From Candidatus Acetothermia bacterium (GTDB taxonomy: Bacteria > Bipolaricaulota > Bipolaricaulia > M55B111), in assembly GCA_046543235.1 (NCBI GenBank), contig JBKGZT010000001.1, positions 1 through 57,662 of the forward strand: a DNA stretch of 57,662 bases. Reading direction: 5' to 3'. The notes under the pieces were generated by a model. It worked only from the letters and a program-made list of their open reading frames with translations, did no database searches and was not told where the DNA came from. Shown piece after piece: positions 30,057-40,592 of the stretch (position 1 is its first letter; each line of letters opens with the position of its first letter). The position numbers and the translations under genes were made by a program.

Positions 30057-30167
30057 TCCTCGGCGATTCATTTAAATTTTGGTTTGTCTTTTTTTAATTA
30101 CTATTTTGTATGGCAACCCCTGAACGGTGTCGGGAAGGGGTGTGACAGGGGTAAGGGTTATATAATT

Positions 30168-32297
30168 ATGACAATGACGAAACAGAGAACGGATGCCATC
30201 GTGGACGAGGAGATCAGGGACGAGGAGCTAGAGGAACTACGGAACATCGGGATAATGGCGCATATCGATGCGGGGAAGACGACGGCCACCGAGCGCATGT
30301 TGTATTACACCGGCCGTACTTACAAGATTGGGGAGGTTCATGACGGGGACGCAGAGATGGACTGGATGGATCAGGAAAAAGAAAGAGGGATAACGATTAC
30401 GTCCGCCGCTACCACCTGTCACTGGCGAGAGCACCAGATCAATATAATTGATACCCCCGGCCACGTAGATTTTACCGCCGAAGTGGAAAGGTCACTTAGG
30501 GTGCTGGACGGGGCCGTCGCGCTCTTTTCAGGCGTGGAAATGGTCGAATCCCAGTCCGAGAAGGTCTGGAGGCAGGCCGACCGTTACGAAATTCCGAGGA
30601 TTGCTTTTGTCAACAAGCTGGACAGGACGGAATCCAGGTACGATAAGACGATAGAAATGATCGAGGAGCGGTTAGGGGTCACCACCCTGCCGCTTCAATT
30701 AGTTTATAGGGACGATTCGGACGAGCTGATTGGGATGATAGATTTGATAAAGCACTCCCTGCTTACCTGGGATCAAGAGACGAAGGGAGCGGAGTACGAG
30801 GAGCACCCGGTTCCCGACGATATACGGGGAAAGGTGGAGAGGTGGCAGGACGACCTGTTCGAAGAGCTCGCCCACCACGATGACGAGTTCATGATGAAGT
30901 ACCTGGATGAAGAAAAAATACCCGAGGACCTGATTCACCGTGCGATCAGAAAGGCTACGATAGAAGGCTCGGCCGTTCCCGTTTTGGGGGGTTCGGCCCT
31001 CAAAAACGTCGGAGTTCAGCCAATCCTGGATGCGGTCGTCAATTACCTGCCGAGCCCAAACGACGTCCCGGCCGTGGAAGGTTACGATGTAGGAGGGGAG
31101 GATTCCGAGGAGAAGGTACGTCGCTTCCCCTCTCCCGAGCAGCCTTTTGCGAGCCTAGCCTTCAAAGTAACGACGGACCAGTACACCGGTACGATGATTT
31201 ACTTGAGAATATATTCCGGTGTCCTGGAGGAGGGGGATAATCTTTATAATCCCAACTCCGAAAAGCGCGAAAGGGTATCTCGTATGTTCCATATGCACGC
31301 AAATCGAAGGGAGAGGATTGAAAAGGCGAAAGCAGGAGATATCGTGGCCGTCGTTGGGCCTGACCATACGTCGACCGGAGAGACGCTCTGCAGTATCGAC
31401 GATCCCGTCGTCCTGCAGAGGATAGAATTTCCCGATCCAGTCATCTCCGTAGCGATTGAGCCTCGAAGGGAAGCCGATGAGGACAGGCTGAACAGCGCCA
31501 TTAACAAGCTCGCCAAAGAGGACCCGACATTCAAAGTAGAGGCAGACCCTGATTCGAATCAGACCATCATTTCCGGTATGGGTGAACTACACTTGGAAAT
31601 CCTGACCAGGCGGCTGAAAGAAGAATTTAACGTCGATGCCCAGGTCGGAAAACCGAGCGTGACTTACCGGGAAACGATCCGGTCGGAGTCGGATATCGAT
31701 GAGGAGTTTGCGAAACAGTCGGGCGGTAGGGGCCAGTACGCCAGAGTCAAGGTCAAATTTGAACCCCTGGAAAGGGGTTCCGGAGTTGAGTTCGAGAGCA
31801 CGATCCGAGAGGGAAGGGTACCCAAGGAGTACATTAAGTCGGTCGAATCGGGAATCAGGGAAGCTCTGGGAAGCGGAAAACTGGCCGGCTATGCAGTGAC
31901 CGACGTCAAGGCTACCCTGTACGACGGCGATCACCATCCGGTAGATTCGTCCGATATCGCGTTTAAGGCAGCTGCCTCCAGAGCCACCGCTCGAGCTTTA
32001 AAAGGAAATTCCAAGCTGCTTGAGCCGATCATGGAGGGCGAGGCTTTCGTTCCTCCGGATCACGTGGGGGACGTCATGGAAGACATCTCAAAACGCCGGG
32101 GAGAGGTGTCCGGTATAGAGAACCGCGAGGGGGTTCAGCTGATAGAGTTCGAGCTGCCGCTGGCGGAATCCTTCGGTTATGCTACGAGGATTCGCTCCAT
32201 TACCCGGGGTAGGGGAACCTATTCGTTGAGTTTTTCTCACTACGAAGTAGTTCCAGAGAAGGTAAAAGAAGAAATATTAAATAAACGAGGTTATTAA
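30168..32297 (+). CDS. fusA: Elongation factor G
   Basis: RNIGIMAHIDAGKTT, ERGITI, DTPGHVDF, GMGELHLE and KQSGGRGQY motifs. Start at 30168 or 30174. Confidence 0.98.
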   Translation: MTMTKQRTDAIVDEEIRDEELEELRNIGIMAHIDAGKTTATERMLYYTGRTYKIGEVHDGDAEMDWMDQEKERGITITSAATTCHWREHQINIIDTPGHVDFTAEVERSLRVLDGAVALFSGVEMVESQSEKVWRQADRYEIPRIAFVNKLDRTESRYDKTIEMIEERLGVTTLPLQLVYRDDSDELIGMIDLIKHSLLTWDQETKGAEYEEHPVPDDIRGKVERWQDDLFEELAHHDDEFMMKYLDEEKIPEDLIHRAIRKATIEGSAVPVLGGSALKNVGVQPILDAVVNYLPSPNDVPAVEGYDVGGEDSEEKVRRFPSPEQPFASLAFKVTTDQYTGTMIYLRIYSGVLEEGDNLYNPNSEKRERVSRMFHMHANRRERIEKAKAGDIVAVVGPDHTSTGETLCSIDDPVVLQRIEFPDPVISVAIEPRREADEDRLNSAINKLAKEDPTFKVEADPDSNQTIISGMGELHLEILTRRLKEEFNVDAQVGKPSVTYRETIRSESDIDEEFAKQSGGRGQYARVKVKFEPLERGSGVEFESTIREGRVPKEYIKSVESGIREALGSGKLAGYAVTDVKATLYDGDHHPVDSSDIAFKAAASRATARALKGNSKLLEPIMEGEAFVPPDHVGDVMEDISKRRGEVSGIENREGVQLIEFELPLAESFGYATRIRSITRGRGTYSLSFSHYEVVPEKVKEEILNKRGY

Positions 32298-32299
32298 AA

Positions 32300-32608
32300 A
32301 TGGCAAGAGAAAAAATTCGAATAAAGCTCAAGGGGTACGATCACGAACTGGTCGATAGGTCCGTGAAAAAAATCGTTTCCACCGCCGAGGAAACCAGGGC
32401 GAAGATCTCCGGTCCCGTACCGCTTCCGACCGATAGAAAGCTCTATACGGTCCTGAAGTCGCCTCACGTAAATAAGACTTCGATGGAGCACTTTGAACGC
32501 CGGATTCATAATAGGTTGATCGATATCCAGGAACCCACTTCTGAAACCATAAATGCGCTCATGGATATCGAGTTGCCTACAGGTATAGACGTAGAGATAA
32601 AGTTATAA
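32300..32608 (+). CDS. rpsJ: 30S ribosomal protein uS10
   Basis: KIRIKLK, GPVPLPT and SPHVNK motifs. Confidence 0.98.
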   Translation: MAREKIRIKLKGYDHELVDRSVKKIVSTAEETRAKISGPVPLPTDRKLYTVLKSPHVNKTSMEHFERRIHNRLIDIQEPTSETINALMDIELPTGIDVEIKL

Positions 32609-32643
32609 ACAGCCCAGCTAAGACAAATCTGGAGGTTAACAAA

Positions 32644-33267
32644 ATGTTAGGGACGTTAGGGGAAAAAGTTGGAATGACTCAGTACTACGATGACTCTGGT
32701 GCTGCCGTGGGGGCAACCGTAATCAAAACAGAGCCCGCAGTAGTGGTTCAGGTAAAGACCCGAGAAAAAGACGGTTACAGGGCAGTTCAGCTTGGTTACA
32801 AGGACACGGAAAAGCGGAAGCTAACCAAGCCCATGAAGGGGCACTTTGAGAAACACGGCGTAAGTCCGAAGAAGTTCCTCGCGGAATTTCAGGTAGAAGA
32901 CCCGGAGGAATACAGTTCAGGGGAAGAGATCAGCGTGGGGCTCTTTGAGGAAGGAGGAAAGGTTGACGTTACCGGAAATTCCAAGGGCAAAGGTTTTCAG
33001 GGAGTTGTCAAGAGGTGGAATTTCTCCGGTGGGCCCAAGACGCATGGCTCTCGTTTCCACAGGAAGCCCGGTTCCGTAGGGATGTGTGTGGAACCAGGAA
33101 GGGTGCTCAAGGGTCATAAGCTGCCGGGAAGGACGGGTGATGAAAGAGTCACGATTCAGAACCTCAAGGTGTTGCGGGTTGACGAAGATGAAGACCTTCT
33201 GGTGGTTAAGGGTTCGGTCCCGGGACCTCGGGAGAATATTTTAAGGATCAGGAGTACCAATGATTAA
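32644..33267 (+). CDS. rplC: 50S ribosomal protein uL3
   Basis: KVGMTQ, DGYRAVQ and SKGKGFQGVVKRW motifs. Confidence 0.98.
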   Translation: MLGTLGEKVGMTQYYDDSGAAVGATVIKTEPAVVVQVKTREKDGYRAVQLGYKDTEKRKLTKPMKGHFEKHGVSPKKFLAEFQVEDPEEYSSGEEISVGLFEEGGKVDVTGNSKGKGFQGVVKRWNFSGGPKTHGSRFHRKPGSVGMCVEPGRVLKGHKLPGRTGDERVTIQNLKVLRVDEDEDLLVVKGSVPGPRENILRIRSTND

Positions 33268-33907
33268 CGTCGAAGTGAAGGATACCGAGGGTGGCAGTGG
33301 CGAAGCAATGGAGGTTTCGGAAGAACTGCTCGGGTTAGATTTTCATAAGGACCTGCTTTATCGGGCCGTCAAAGCTTATAGGACCAACGGTAGGTCGGGT
33401 TCCGCCAACACGAAGGATAGGTCGGAAGTAAAGAGCTCTAACAGGAAACCGTGGCGACAAAAGGGAACTGGCCGAGCGAGGCATGGTTCGAGGGCGTCTC
33501 CTCTTTGGAGTGGTGGTGGGGTCATCTTTGGTCCGAATCCGAAGGACTACGAGATGGATCTCCCCAAGAAGATGAGACACAAGGCAATTAGGAGCGCCCT
33601 TTCGACTAGGTATTCGGAGGGAAACCTGTTCGTGGTTGAAAGATTGGACTTTGAGGAACCCAAAACCAAAAGAGGCCTCGCCATCCTGGACGAGTTTGAT
33701 CTCCCCCGGGATACGCTTATAATTGTCTCTCAGGAAGAGAACGACTGGAAGATTGCCAAAAGCTTCAGCAACATTCCAGATGCACTTTATGCTTCCACTT
33801 CCCAGGTCAACACGTACGATATCCTAAAACACGAGGGGATCCTTCTAACAAGAGGCGCGGTCAGGGAGTTAGAGGAAGTCCTTCTCGACAAAAGCAAGGT
33901 AAGATAG
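33260..33907 (+). CDS. rplD: 50S ribosomal protein uL4
   Basis: KPWRQKGTGRARHGS and GGGVIFGP motifs. Confidence 0.98.
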   Translation: MINVEVKDTEGGSGEAMEVSEELLGLDFHKDLLYRAVKAYRTNGRSGSANTKDRSEVKSSNRKPWRQKGTGRARHGSRASPLWSGGGVIFGPNPKDYEMDLPKKMRHKAIRSALSTRYSEGNLFVVERLDFEEPKTKRGLAILDEFDLPRDTLIIVSQEENDWKIAKSFSNIPDALYASTSQVNTYDILKHEGILLTRGAVRELEEVLLDKSKVR

Positions 33908-33916
33908 GTGGTAAGA

Positions 33917-34210
33917 ATGGAGCTCAGCAGAGAGGACGTAGTGATCGAACCGATAGTTACCGAGAATTCCTGGCGGCTTCAGGAGGAAAGCAACAAATAC
34001 GTTTTTCGGGTCCACCCGGAGGCGAACAAGATCATGGTAAGGGAAGCCGTCGAGGAGCTTTTTGACGTTGAGGTGCTGGACGTAAACACCATGAACATGA
34101 ATGGAAAGCCTAAGAGAGAGCAGTTGAATCAGGAGAAGGGCAAGACGGGTTCCTGGAAGAAGGCCTACGTAAGGCTTTCCGAAGGGGATCGGATTGATAT
34201 ATTTGGATAG
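33917..34210 (+). CDS. rplW: 50S ribosomal protein uL23
   Basis: PIVTE, YVFRV…ANK and WKKAYVRL motifs. Start at 33917 (or GTG 33908). Confidence 0.96.
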   Translation: MELSREDVVIEPIVTENSWRLQEESNKYVFRVHPEANKIMVREAVEELFDVEVLDVNTMNMNGKPKREQLNQEKGKTGSWKKAYVRLSEGDRIDIFG

Positions 34211-34225
34211 GTATAGGGTGAAAAC

Positions 34226-35062
34226 ATGGGAATAAAGAGGTTTAAACCGGTTACTCCAGCCAAGAGGCACGCCGAGGTCACGAATTACGAAGAACTAACT
34301 ACCGACGAGCCGGAGGAGTCCCTGCTTGAACCACTGAAGAAGACCGGTGGCAGGAACAACCAGGGAAAACAGACGGTTCGCGGTCGCAGCGGAGGCCACA
34401 AGAGGAAGTACAGGAGGATCGATTTCCAGCGGGACAAGGAAGGGGTAAAAGGGAAGGTATTGAGCCGCGAGTACGATCCGAACAGATCAGCTTGGATTAC
34501 CCTCTTACAGTACGAAGACGGAGAAAAACGGTACATAATTTCTCCTCTCAAGCTAGAGATCGGGGATATGGTAGAAGCGGGGACGGAGGCAGAAGTTAGA
34601 CCGGGTAACGCCTTGCCGCTGCGCAGGATCCCTGCCGGAAGACCGATCCATAACCTGGAGTTCTCTCCCGGTACGGGAGGGCAGATTGCCCGCTCTGCCG
34701 GCGTCGATGCCAGGGTCGTTGCAAAGGATCCGGAGAAAATCGACGTGAAGTTGCCATCCGGAGAGGTCCGATCTTTTGATCCGGAATGCAAGGCGACTGT
34801 CGGTCAGGTAAGCAATCCGAGCCACAAGAACGTCAAGAGTGGCAAAGCCGGTCGGTCAAGACACCTCGGCCGTAAACCCAAGGTCAGAGGGGTAGCGAAA
34901 AACGCCGTTGACCATCCTCACGGTGGGGGCGAAGGGAGGGCCTACGTTGGACGACCGCCAGTATCCTCCACGGGAGTGCCCGCGAAAGGCGGTAAGACCA
35001 GAAAGGCAAAAGCGAGCGACAAGAAAATCATCAGGAGACGGACTAATAAAGAGAGGGGGTAA
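34226..35062 (+). CDS. rplB: 50S ribosomal protein uL2
   Basis: GGRNNQG, EYDPNRSA and DHPHGGGEG motifs. Confidence 0.98.
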   Translation: MGIKRFKPVTPAKRHAEVTNYEELTTDEPEESLLEPLKKTGGRNNQGKQTVRGRSGGHKRKYRRIDFQRDKEGVKGKVLSREYDPNRSAWITLLQYEDGEKRYIISPLKLEIGDMVEAGTEAEVRPGNALPLRRIPAGRPIHNLEFSPGTGGQIARSAGVDARVVAKDPEKIDVKLPSGEVRSFDPECKATVGQVSNPSHKNVKSGKAGRSRHLGRKPKVRGVAKNAVDHPHGGGEGRAYVGRPPVSSTGVPAKGGKTRKAKASDKKIIRRRTNKERG

Positions 35063-35065
35063 GAA

Positions 35066-35353
35066 ATGCCAAGGTCAGTAAAAAAAGGACCGTATATAAA
35101 GGATAGTCTGGAAGAGAAGGTGGAACGTGCAAAGACCGGTGAGATCGAGGAGATAAAGACCTGGTCGAGGGACTCGGTTATACTTCCAAAGATGGTTGGC
35201 CTGACGATTAAGGTACACAACGGACGCGATCACGTTCCCGTCGAAATATCAGAGAACATGGTCGGGCACAAACTTGGGGAATTTGCTTCTACAAGGACGT
35301 TCCGGGAACACGGCGGTATCAAGAAGAAAGAACCCGTTACGCCGGTAGGTTAG
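35066..35353 (+). CDS. rpsS: 30S ribosomal protein uS19
   Basis: RSVKKGP, KTWSR and MVGHKLGEF motifs. Confidence 0.98.
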   Translation: MPRSVKKGPYIKDSLEEKVERAKTGEIEEIKTWSRDSVILPKMVGLTIKVHNGRDHVPVEISENMVGHKLGEFASTRTFREHGGIKKKEPVTPVG

Positions 35354-35354
35354 T

Positions 35355-35693
35355 ATGAAAGAAGCCAAAGCAATTACCAAGAACGTCAGGATATCTCCTA
35401 AAAAGGCGAGACCGGTTGCCGATGCGGTAAGGGGGAAGACGGTGGATGAGGCGTTAAAGACCGTCAAGTTCTCGAAGAAGAAAGCCGCCCGGTTTTTGCA
35501 GGATACTCTGGAGTCGGCAGTCGCAAATGCTCAGCACAACCATGACATGGCCGTCGATAAGCTAAAGGTAAAGGAGGCTGCAATTGACGAGGGGCAAACG
35601 ATGAAGCGGATGAAGCCAAGGGCTCAGGGAAGGGCAGACGTAATGAAGAGAAGGCAGAGTCATATAAAAGTGATCCTAGTGGAGGAAGAATAA
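35355..35693 (+). CDS. rplV: 50S ribosomal protein uL22
   Basis: RISPKKAR, SAVANA and PRAQGRA motifs. Confidence 0.98.
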   Translation: MKEAKAITKNVRISPKKARPVADAVRGKTVDEALKTVKFSKKKAARFLQDTLESAVANAQHNHDMAVDKLKVKEAAIDEGQTMKRMKPRAQGRADVMKRRQSHIKVILVEEE

Positions 35694-36349
35694 TGGGACA
35701 GAAGATAAATCCGGTCGGTTTTCGGGTTGGGGTAAATAAGAAGTGGGAATCTAACTGGTACAGTGACGAAAGGGCCCCGGAGTACGTGGCTGAGGATCGC
35801 GAAATCCGAGATATAATTGAGGAAAGATACAGGGGAGCAGGCATCGCGAAGGTCAGCATAGAACGTCCGAGGGACGACAGGATTTCTATAATAATCGTCT
35901 CGGCGCGGCCCGGGATCATAATCGGAAAGGGTGGGAGCGAAATAAACAAGTTCCAGAAGGAACTGGGCGAACTGACGGACAGGAACGTGAACATCTCGGT
36001 AAAAGAAGCCGACGATCCCCACCTGCAGGCACAGCTTATCGCTCAGGAGGTCGCCTTCCAGATAGAAAACAGAATACCCCCGAGCAGAGCGATGAAGGAA
36101 GTGATCTCCCGCTCCATGTCGAAGGGAGCAAAAGGCGTGAAAGTTAAGTGCTCGGGTAGAATTGGAGGCGCCAACCTGGCGAGGTCAGTCTCTCAAGACG
36201 AGGGAAGAATCCCTCTTCAGACGATTAGGGCTGACATCGATTACGGTTTTATCGAGGCCAGGACTAAGTACGGACCGATCGGAGTGAAGGCTTGGGTGTT
36301 TAGAGAGGAGATACTGCCTGAGGGAGTCCCCGAGGGATTGAGTCTTTAA
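35693..36349 (+). CDS. rpsC: 30S ribosomal protein uS3
   Basis: MGQKINPVGFR, RPGIIIGKGG and PLQTIRADIDY motifs. Confidence 0.98.
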   Translation: MGQKINPVGFRVGVNKKWESNWYSDERAPEYVAEDREIRDIIEERYRGAGIAKVSIERPRDDRISIIIVSARPGIIIGKGGSEINKFQKELGELTDRNVNISVKEADDPHLQAQLIAQEVAFQIENRIPPSRAMKEVISRSMSKGAKGVKVKCSGRIGGANLARSVSQDEGRIPLQTIRADIDYGFIEARTKYGPIGVKAWVFREEILPEGVPEGLSL

Positions 36350-36376
36350 TTCTTAACAAGGTAAGGATGGTTTTAA

Positions 36377-36805
36377 ATGGCACTATATCCAGCTGATACG
36401 AAACACAGAAAGCAGCAACGGGGTCGGACCAAGGGAGAGGCAAGCAGGGGTAATACCGTGTCTTTTGGCGAGTACGGAATTCAGGCGACGGACCCCGGCT
36501 GGTTGACGAGTAAGCAGATAGAGACGGCAAGGATGACTCTCGCACACGAAACACAGCGTGATTCGAAGATCTGGGTCAGGGTTTTCCCTGACAAGCCGAT
36601 AACCAAGACACCTGCCGAAACCAGGATGGGTAAAGGGAAAGGTGAACCGGCCGAATGGGTAGCGGTTATCAGGCCGGGGAGGATCGTCTTCGAATTTTCC
36701 GGGGTGGATTTAGAAAAGGCCAAGCGGCTTCATAAACTGGTTTCCTATAAGCTACCGCTGAAAACCAGGCTCAAGGAAAGGCTGAAACTGGGAGGAGAAA
36801 AATGA
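36377..36805 (+). CDS. rplP: 50S ribosomal protein uL16
   Basis: RVFPDKPIT and ETRMGKGKG motifs. Confidence 0.98.
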   Translation: MALYPADTKHRKQQRGRTKGEASRGNTVSFGEYGIQATDPGWLTSKQIETARMTLAHETQRDSKIWVRVFPDKPITKTPAETRMGKGKGEPAEWVAVIRPGRIVFEFSGVDLEKAKRLHKLVSYKLPLKTRLKERLKLGGEK

Positions 36806-37002
36806 GGCCGGCCGAGATTCGGGATATGACTGACGAAGAGCTACAGGAGAAAGCCGGGGAGTTAAAGGAAAAGCTGTTCAACTTGAGATTTCAGAAGTCT
36901 ACCGGCGAACTGGATAATACAGCTGAATTGAAGAAGACTAAAAAGGATATAGCCAGAGTAAAAACGATCCAGAGGGAAAGAGAAAGCGAAGGAGTGGAGT
37001 AA
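36802..37002 (+). CDS. rpmC: 50S ribosomal protein uL29
   Basis: LFNLRFQ…KKDIARVKT and S10 operon order. Confidence 0.97.
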   Translation: MRPAEIRDMTDEELQEKAGELKEKLFNLRFQKSTGELDNTAELKKTKKDIARVKTIQRERESEGVE

Positions 37003-37003
37003 G

Positions 37004-37255
37004 ATGAAAAAGAAAAAGAAAGGTAGAGTCCTTAGCGCGTCCATGGACAAGACCATAACGGTTGCCGTAGATACCCAGAGGCAGCATCCTCGTTACAAGA
37101 AGTATTTGAAGCAGCGTTCGAAGTTCTATGCTCACGACGAGGAGGAAGAGGCCAAGGAAGGCGATCGGGTTCTGATCAGCGAAACTAGGCCGACCAGCAA
37201 GAAAAAGAGGTGGAAGCTGGAAAAGGTACTGGAAGAGACGGGAGGGGAATCGTGA
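37004..37255 (+). CDS. rpsQ: 30S ribosomal protein uS17
   Basis: MDKTITV, HPRYKK, AHDE and [11 protein letters not shown] motifs. Confidence 0.97.
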   Translation: MKKKKKGRVLSASMDKTITVAVDTQRQHPRYKKYLKQRSKFYAHDEEEEAKEGDRVLISETRPTSKKKRWKLEKVLEETGGES

Positions 37256-37620
37256 TCCAGCAAGAGACGGAATTAAAGGTCGCCGATAACTCCGGTGCGA
37301 AGCGGTTAAGGTGTATCAACGTTCTCGGGCAGTCCAACGAGAACAGGGGCGAAATAGGGGACGTAATTATAGCTTCCGTCAAGAAGCGAATCCCGGATAG
37401 CGACCTGGAAAAGGGAGAAATAGTCAGGGCCGTTATCGTCAGGACTAACAGTAATTTTCGCAGGAAGGACGGGTCCTACATACGGTTTGACGACAACGCG
37501 GCGGTACTGGTCGACGAGAGGATGGAGCCAGTTGGGACGAGGATATTTGGCCCAGTGACCAGGGAGTTAAGAGAAGGTAACATGTTACGCATCATATCCC
37601 TGGCTCCCGAGGTTCTTTAG
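37252..37620 (+). CDS. rplN: 50S ribosomal protein uL14
   Basis: [31 protein letters not shown] and SLAPEVL. GTG start overlaps the rpsQ stop. Confidence 0.98.
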   Translation: MIQQETELKVADNSGAKRLRCINVLGQSNENRGEIGDVIIASVKKRIPDSDLEKGEIVRAVIVRTNSNFRRKDGSYIRFDDNAAVLVDERMEPVGTRIFGPVTRELREGNMLRIISLAPEVL

Positions 37621-37630
37621 GAGGTAAATT

Positions 37631-37942
37631 ATGAGGAAGATCCAAAAAGGTGATCGGGTCAAGGTAATTTCAGGTAACGATAAAGGTAAAGAAGGTGAAG
37701 TGCTCAGAGTCGATCCGAAAAACAATAGAATAGTGGTTGAAAACGTGAATTTCCGCCTGAGGCATCAGCAAAGAACCCAGCAGCAGAAGGAGCCCGGGAT
37801 TATAGAAAGGGAAGAACCGATAGATATTTCCAACGTTCTGCCTGTCTGTCCATCCTGTGGAGAACCTACTCGGGTCGGTTTTGACGAGGCAGGAGGGGAG
37901 AAGGTCAGGGTCTGCAAGAATTGTGAGGGGGTTCTGGAATAA
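37631..37942 (+). CDS. rplX: 50S ribosomal protein uL24
   Basis: KOW motif KGDRVKVISGNDKGKEG and PIDISNV. C-terminal CPSC…CKNC. Confidence 0.97.
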   Translation: MRKIQKGDRVKVISGNDKGKEGEVLRVDPKNNRIVVENVNFRLRHQQRTQQQKEPGIIEREEPIDISNVLPVCPSCGEPTRVGFDEAGGEKVRVCKNCEGVLE

Positions 37943-37945
37943 GCG

Positions 37946-38476
37946 ATGCTCAAGGAAAAGTACGAAGACGAGGTCAGGGATAAGCTGATGAACGAACTGG
38001 GCTACGATAACCCGATGGAAGTTCCCGAGGTGGAAAAGGTAGTCGTCAACATGGGGATCTCTGAACGGGAAGATCCCGGCATTCTTGACGGGGCCATGGA
38101 AAACCTGAAGACGATAACCGGACAGAAGCCCGTCGTAACCAGGGCGAGGAAGTCGATTTCCGATTTCGATATCCGAAAGGGAGTACCCGTTGGTTGTAAG
38201 GTCACCTTGAGGAAAAGGAGAGCGTACGAATTTTTAAACAAGCTTTATAATCTCGCTCTGCCCAGTATCAGGGACTTTCGTGGGCTTTCCCCTGACTCAT
38301 TTGATGGGAGGGGGAATTACAGTCTGGGGATAGACGAACAGCTCGTCTTTCCGGAAGTTACGTTTGACGACGTGAGGCAGGTTCAGGGAATGGACATAAC
38401 CATCGTGACCAGTGCCGAGACGGATAGAGAGGGCTATTATCTCCTGGATCAGCTTGGTTCCCCGTTTAGAGAATAA
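37946..38476 (+). CDS. rplE: 50S ribosomal protein uL5
   Basis: ITGQKP, GCKVTLR, FDGRGNY and GMDITIVT motifs. Confidence 0.98.
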   Translation: MLKEKYEDEVRDKLMNELGYDNPMEVPEVEKVVVNMGISEREDPGILDGAMENLKTITGQKPVVTRARKSISDFDIRKGVPVGCKVTLRKRRAYEFLNKLYNLALPSIRDFRGLSPDSFDGRGNYSLGIDEQLVFPEVTFDDVRQVQGMDITIVTSAETDREGYYLLDQLGSPFRE

Positions 38477-38488
38477 GAGGAGGATATT

Positions 38489-38674
38489 ATGGCGCGAAAA
38501 GCCTTAGTGGAAAGGTCGAAAAAAGAGAAAAAATACGACGTCAGGGACAACAACAGATGTAATATCTGTGGTCGTTCCAGAGGCTACATCAGGGATTTCG
38601 GAATATGTCGTGTTTGCTTTCGGGAGCTCGCTCACAAAGGGGAGCTGCCGGGGGTACAAAAAGCTAGCTGGTAA
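38489..38674 (+). CDS. rpsN: 30S ribosomal protein uS14, zinc-binding (type Z)
   Basis: 61 aa with RCNICGR…CRVCFRE and KASW. Confidence 0.97.
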   Translation: MARKALVERSKKEKKYDVRDNNRCNICGRSRGYIRDFGICRVCFRELAHKGELPGVQKASW

Positions 38675-38700
38675 AGGTAAGAAATACCGGGAGGAAGAAC

Positions 38701-39099
38701 ATGACCACGCAGGACCCAATTGGTGACATGATAACCAGGATAAGAAATTCCAGTCGGATGGGACATGAGTCAGTTTCCCTGCCTGGTTCGAGTTTGAAGG
38801 AATCAATTGCCGAAGTACTGGCGGGGGAAGGATTTGTCGAAGGTTACGAGGTAGAGGAAAGAGAGGGAAATAAAAAGACCCTTACGGTCAACCTGAGTTA
38901 TCGGGACGGTGAGCCGGTGATCGAAGGGATAGAGCGGGAGAGCAAACCGTCAAGGCGCGTTTACGTCTCCAGGGACGAAATACCGCGCGTCTTAGGTGGA
39001 CTGGGAACGGCCGTGCTAAGTACTTCCATGGGGTTAATGAGCGGCGAGAAAGCCAGGGAAGAAGGCGTTGGCGGGGAACTGCTCTTGAAGGTTTGGTGA
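38701..39099 (+). CDS. rpsH: 30S ribosomal protein uS8
   Basis: DPIGDMITRIRN, SKPSRRVY and GGELL motifs. Confidence 0.98.
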   Translation: MTTQDPIGDMITRIRNSSRMGHESVSLPGSSLKESIAEVLAGEGFVEGYEVEEREGNKKTLTVNLSYRDGEPVIEGIERESKPSRRVYVSRDEIPRVLGGLGTAVLSTSMGLMSGEKAREEGVGGELLLKVW

Positions 39100-39109
39100 G
39101 GTGATTTAG

Positions 39110-39673
39110 ATGTCCAAGGTAGGAAAAGCGCCGATTGAAATACCAGAGGAAGTCGAACTTTCCCTCGAAGAAGGGGCCGTTACGGCGAGAAACGAGGACG
39201 GCCTGGAGTTCACCCAAAATTACGATCCTGATTTCGTCACCGCCGAGATGGGTGAGCAAGAATTGATAATGAAGCGAAAAGCGGACAGCAAGGAGTACAA
39301 GGAAAAGCATGGGCTTTACCGAAGCCTGGTTGCAAACATGATAGAGGGTCTCGTTGAGCCTTTCGAGAAGACTCTCGTGCTGGAGGGTCTCGGTTATCGA
39401 GTGAGGAAACAGGGAACTGACCTCGTCTTCGAACTGGGATATTCGCATCCTATCGAGTACGATCTGCCGGACAACATAGAAGCTGAGGTCGAAAACAACG
39501 ACCAGGTCACGATTAAAGGGCCGGAAAAGGAGAAAGTTGGTCAGGTAGCGGCTGACATAAGGAGTCTGCGACCTCCGGAACCCTATAAAGGCAAAGGGAT
39601 AAAGTACAAAGGGGAAGAGATAATCAGGAAAGAAGGCAAGCTCTCGGGCGGAGAAGAGGCCGAGATTGGTTAG
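39110..39673 (+). CDS. rplF: 50S ribosomal protein uL6
   Basis: LGYSHP and RPPEPYKGKGIKY motifs. Confidence 0.98.
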   Translation: MSKVGKAPIEIPEEVELSLEEGAVTARNEDGLEFTQNYDPDFVTAEMGEQELIMKRKADSKEYKEKHGLYRSLVANMIEGLVEPFEKTLVLEGLGYRVRKQGTDLVFELGYSHPIEYDLPDNIEAEVENNDQVTIKGPEKEKVGQVAADIRSLRPPEPYKGKGIKYKGEEIIRKEGKLSGGEEAEIG

Positions 39674-39714
39674 TAAGCTCGATAGATTCGTCAAGTATAT
39701 AGGAGGATTAATCA

Positions 39715-40077
39715 GTGCCAAAAGTCGATAGAGAAAGCAGGAGAAAGATAAGGCATGATAGGATCAGGAGGGAGGTCCGTGGTACTCCCAGGAAGCCCCG
39801 GGTATACGTGAAGAAATCAAATCGACACGTTTACGCCCAAGCGGTGGACGACATGAATTCTGAAACCCTGGCGGCTGCTTCCAGCTTGAGCCCGGAACTT
39901 GAGGAAGAGGTAGAAAACGCCACGGTTGAGACTGCAAAAGAAGTAGGGGCCCTGCTGGCTTCCAAATTACAGGAAAAGGGCTACGAGTACATCGTATTCG
40001 ACAGAGGCGGTTACCCGTATCACGGGCAGGTAAAGGCACTGGCTGACCAGATGAGAGAGGAGGGACTAGACTTTTAG
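39715..40077 (+). CDS. rplR: 50S ribosomal protein uL18
   Basis: SNRHVYAQ and VFDRGGYPYHG motifs. Confidence 0.98.
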   Translation: MPKVDRESRRKIRHDRIRREVRGTPRKPRVYVKKSNRHVYAQAVDDMNSETLAAASSLSPELEEEVENATVETAKEVGALLASKLQEKGYEYIVFDRGGYPYHGQVKALADQMREEGLDF

Positions 40078-40079
40078 CC

Positions 40080-40592
40080 ATGGCTAGGAACAACAGAAGG
40101 GAAGACGAATATGACGATAACGTCATCGATATCAGTCGTGTTAGCAAGGTAACGAAAGGTGGAAGGAATTTACGTTTTCGAGTTCTAGTGGCGGCCGGGA
40201 ACTACGAGGGCAAGATAGGGGTCGGTTCGGGTAATACCGGCGAGATTCCTCAAGCAATCGGACAAGCAGTAAGGGACGCGAAGAAGCACCTGATCGAAGT
40301 CCCAATAGTGAACGGAACGATTCCGCACGAGGTGACCGGGAAGTTCAAGGCGGGGAAAGTGATATTGAAGCCCGCCTATCGGGGGACGGGGATAATAGCC
40401 GGCGACGTAGTCGGAACGATTAGCCGTCTTGCCGGTCTCGACAACATCCTGACGAAATCGATTGGAACGAACAACCCGATTACCCTGGCAAAGGCAGTGA
40501 TCGAGGGTTTTAGCAGGCTTAAGACGCCAGAAGAGGTTGCCGAAAGGCGGGATATGGATGTCGAAGAACTCGAGGAGGCTTTCCAGAAATGA
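40080..40592 (+). CDS. rpsE: 30S ribosomal protein uS5
   Basis: RVSKVTKGGR, TIPHEV and GTGIIAG motifs. Confidence 0.98.
   Translation: MARNNRREDEYDDNVIDISRVSKVTKGGRNLRFRVLVAAGNYEGKIGVGSGNTGEIPQAIGQAVRDAKKHLIEVPIVNGTIPHEVTGKFKAGKVILKPAYRGTGIIAGDVVGTISRLAGLDNILTKSIGTNNPITLAKAVIEGFSRLKTPEEVAERRDMDVEELEEAFQK

Noticed and set aside
30057..30167. Possible internal promoter or hairpin between rpsG and fusA
   Set aside because: TATAAT at 30161 has no properly spaced -35 and the hairpin is weak, so there is too little support.
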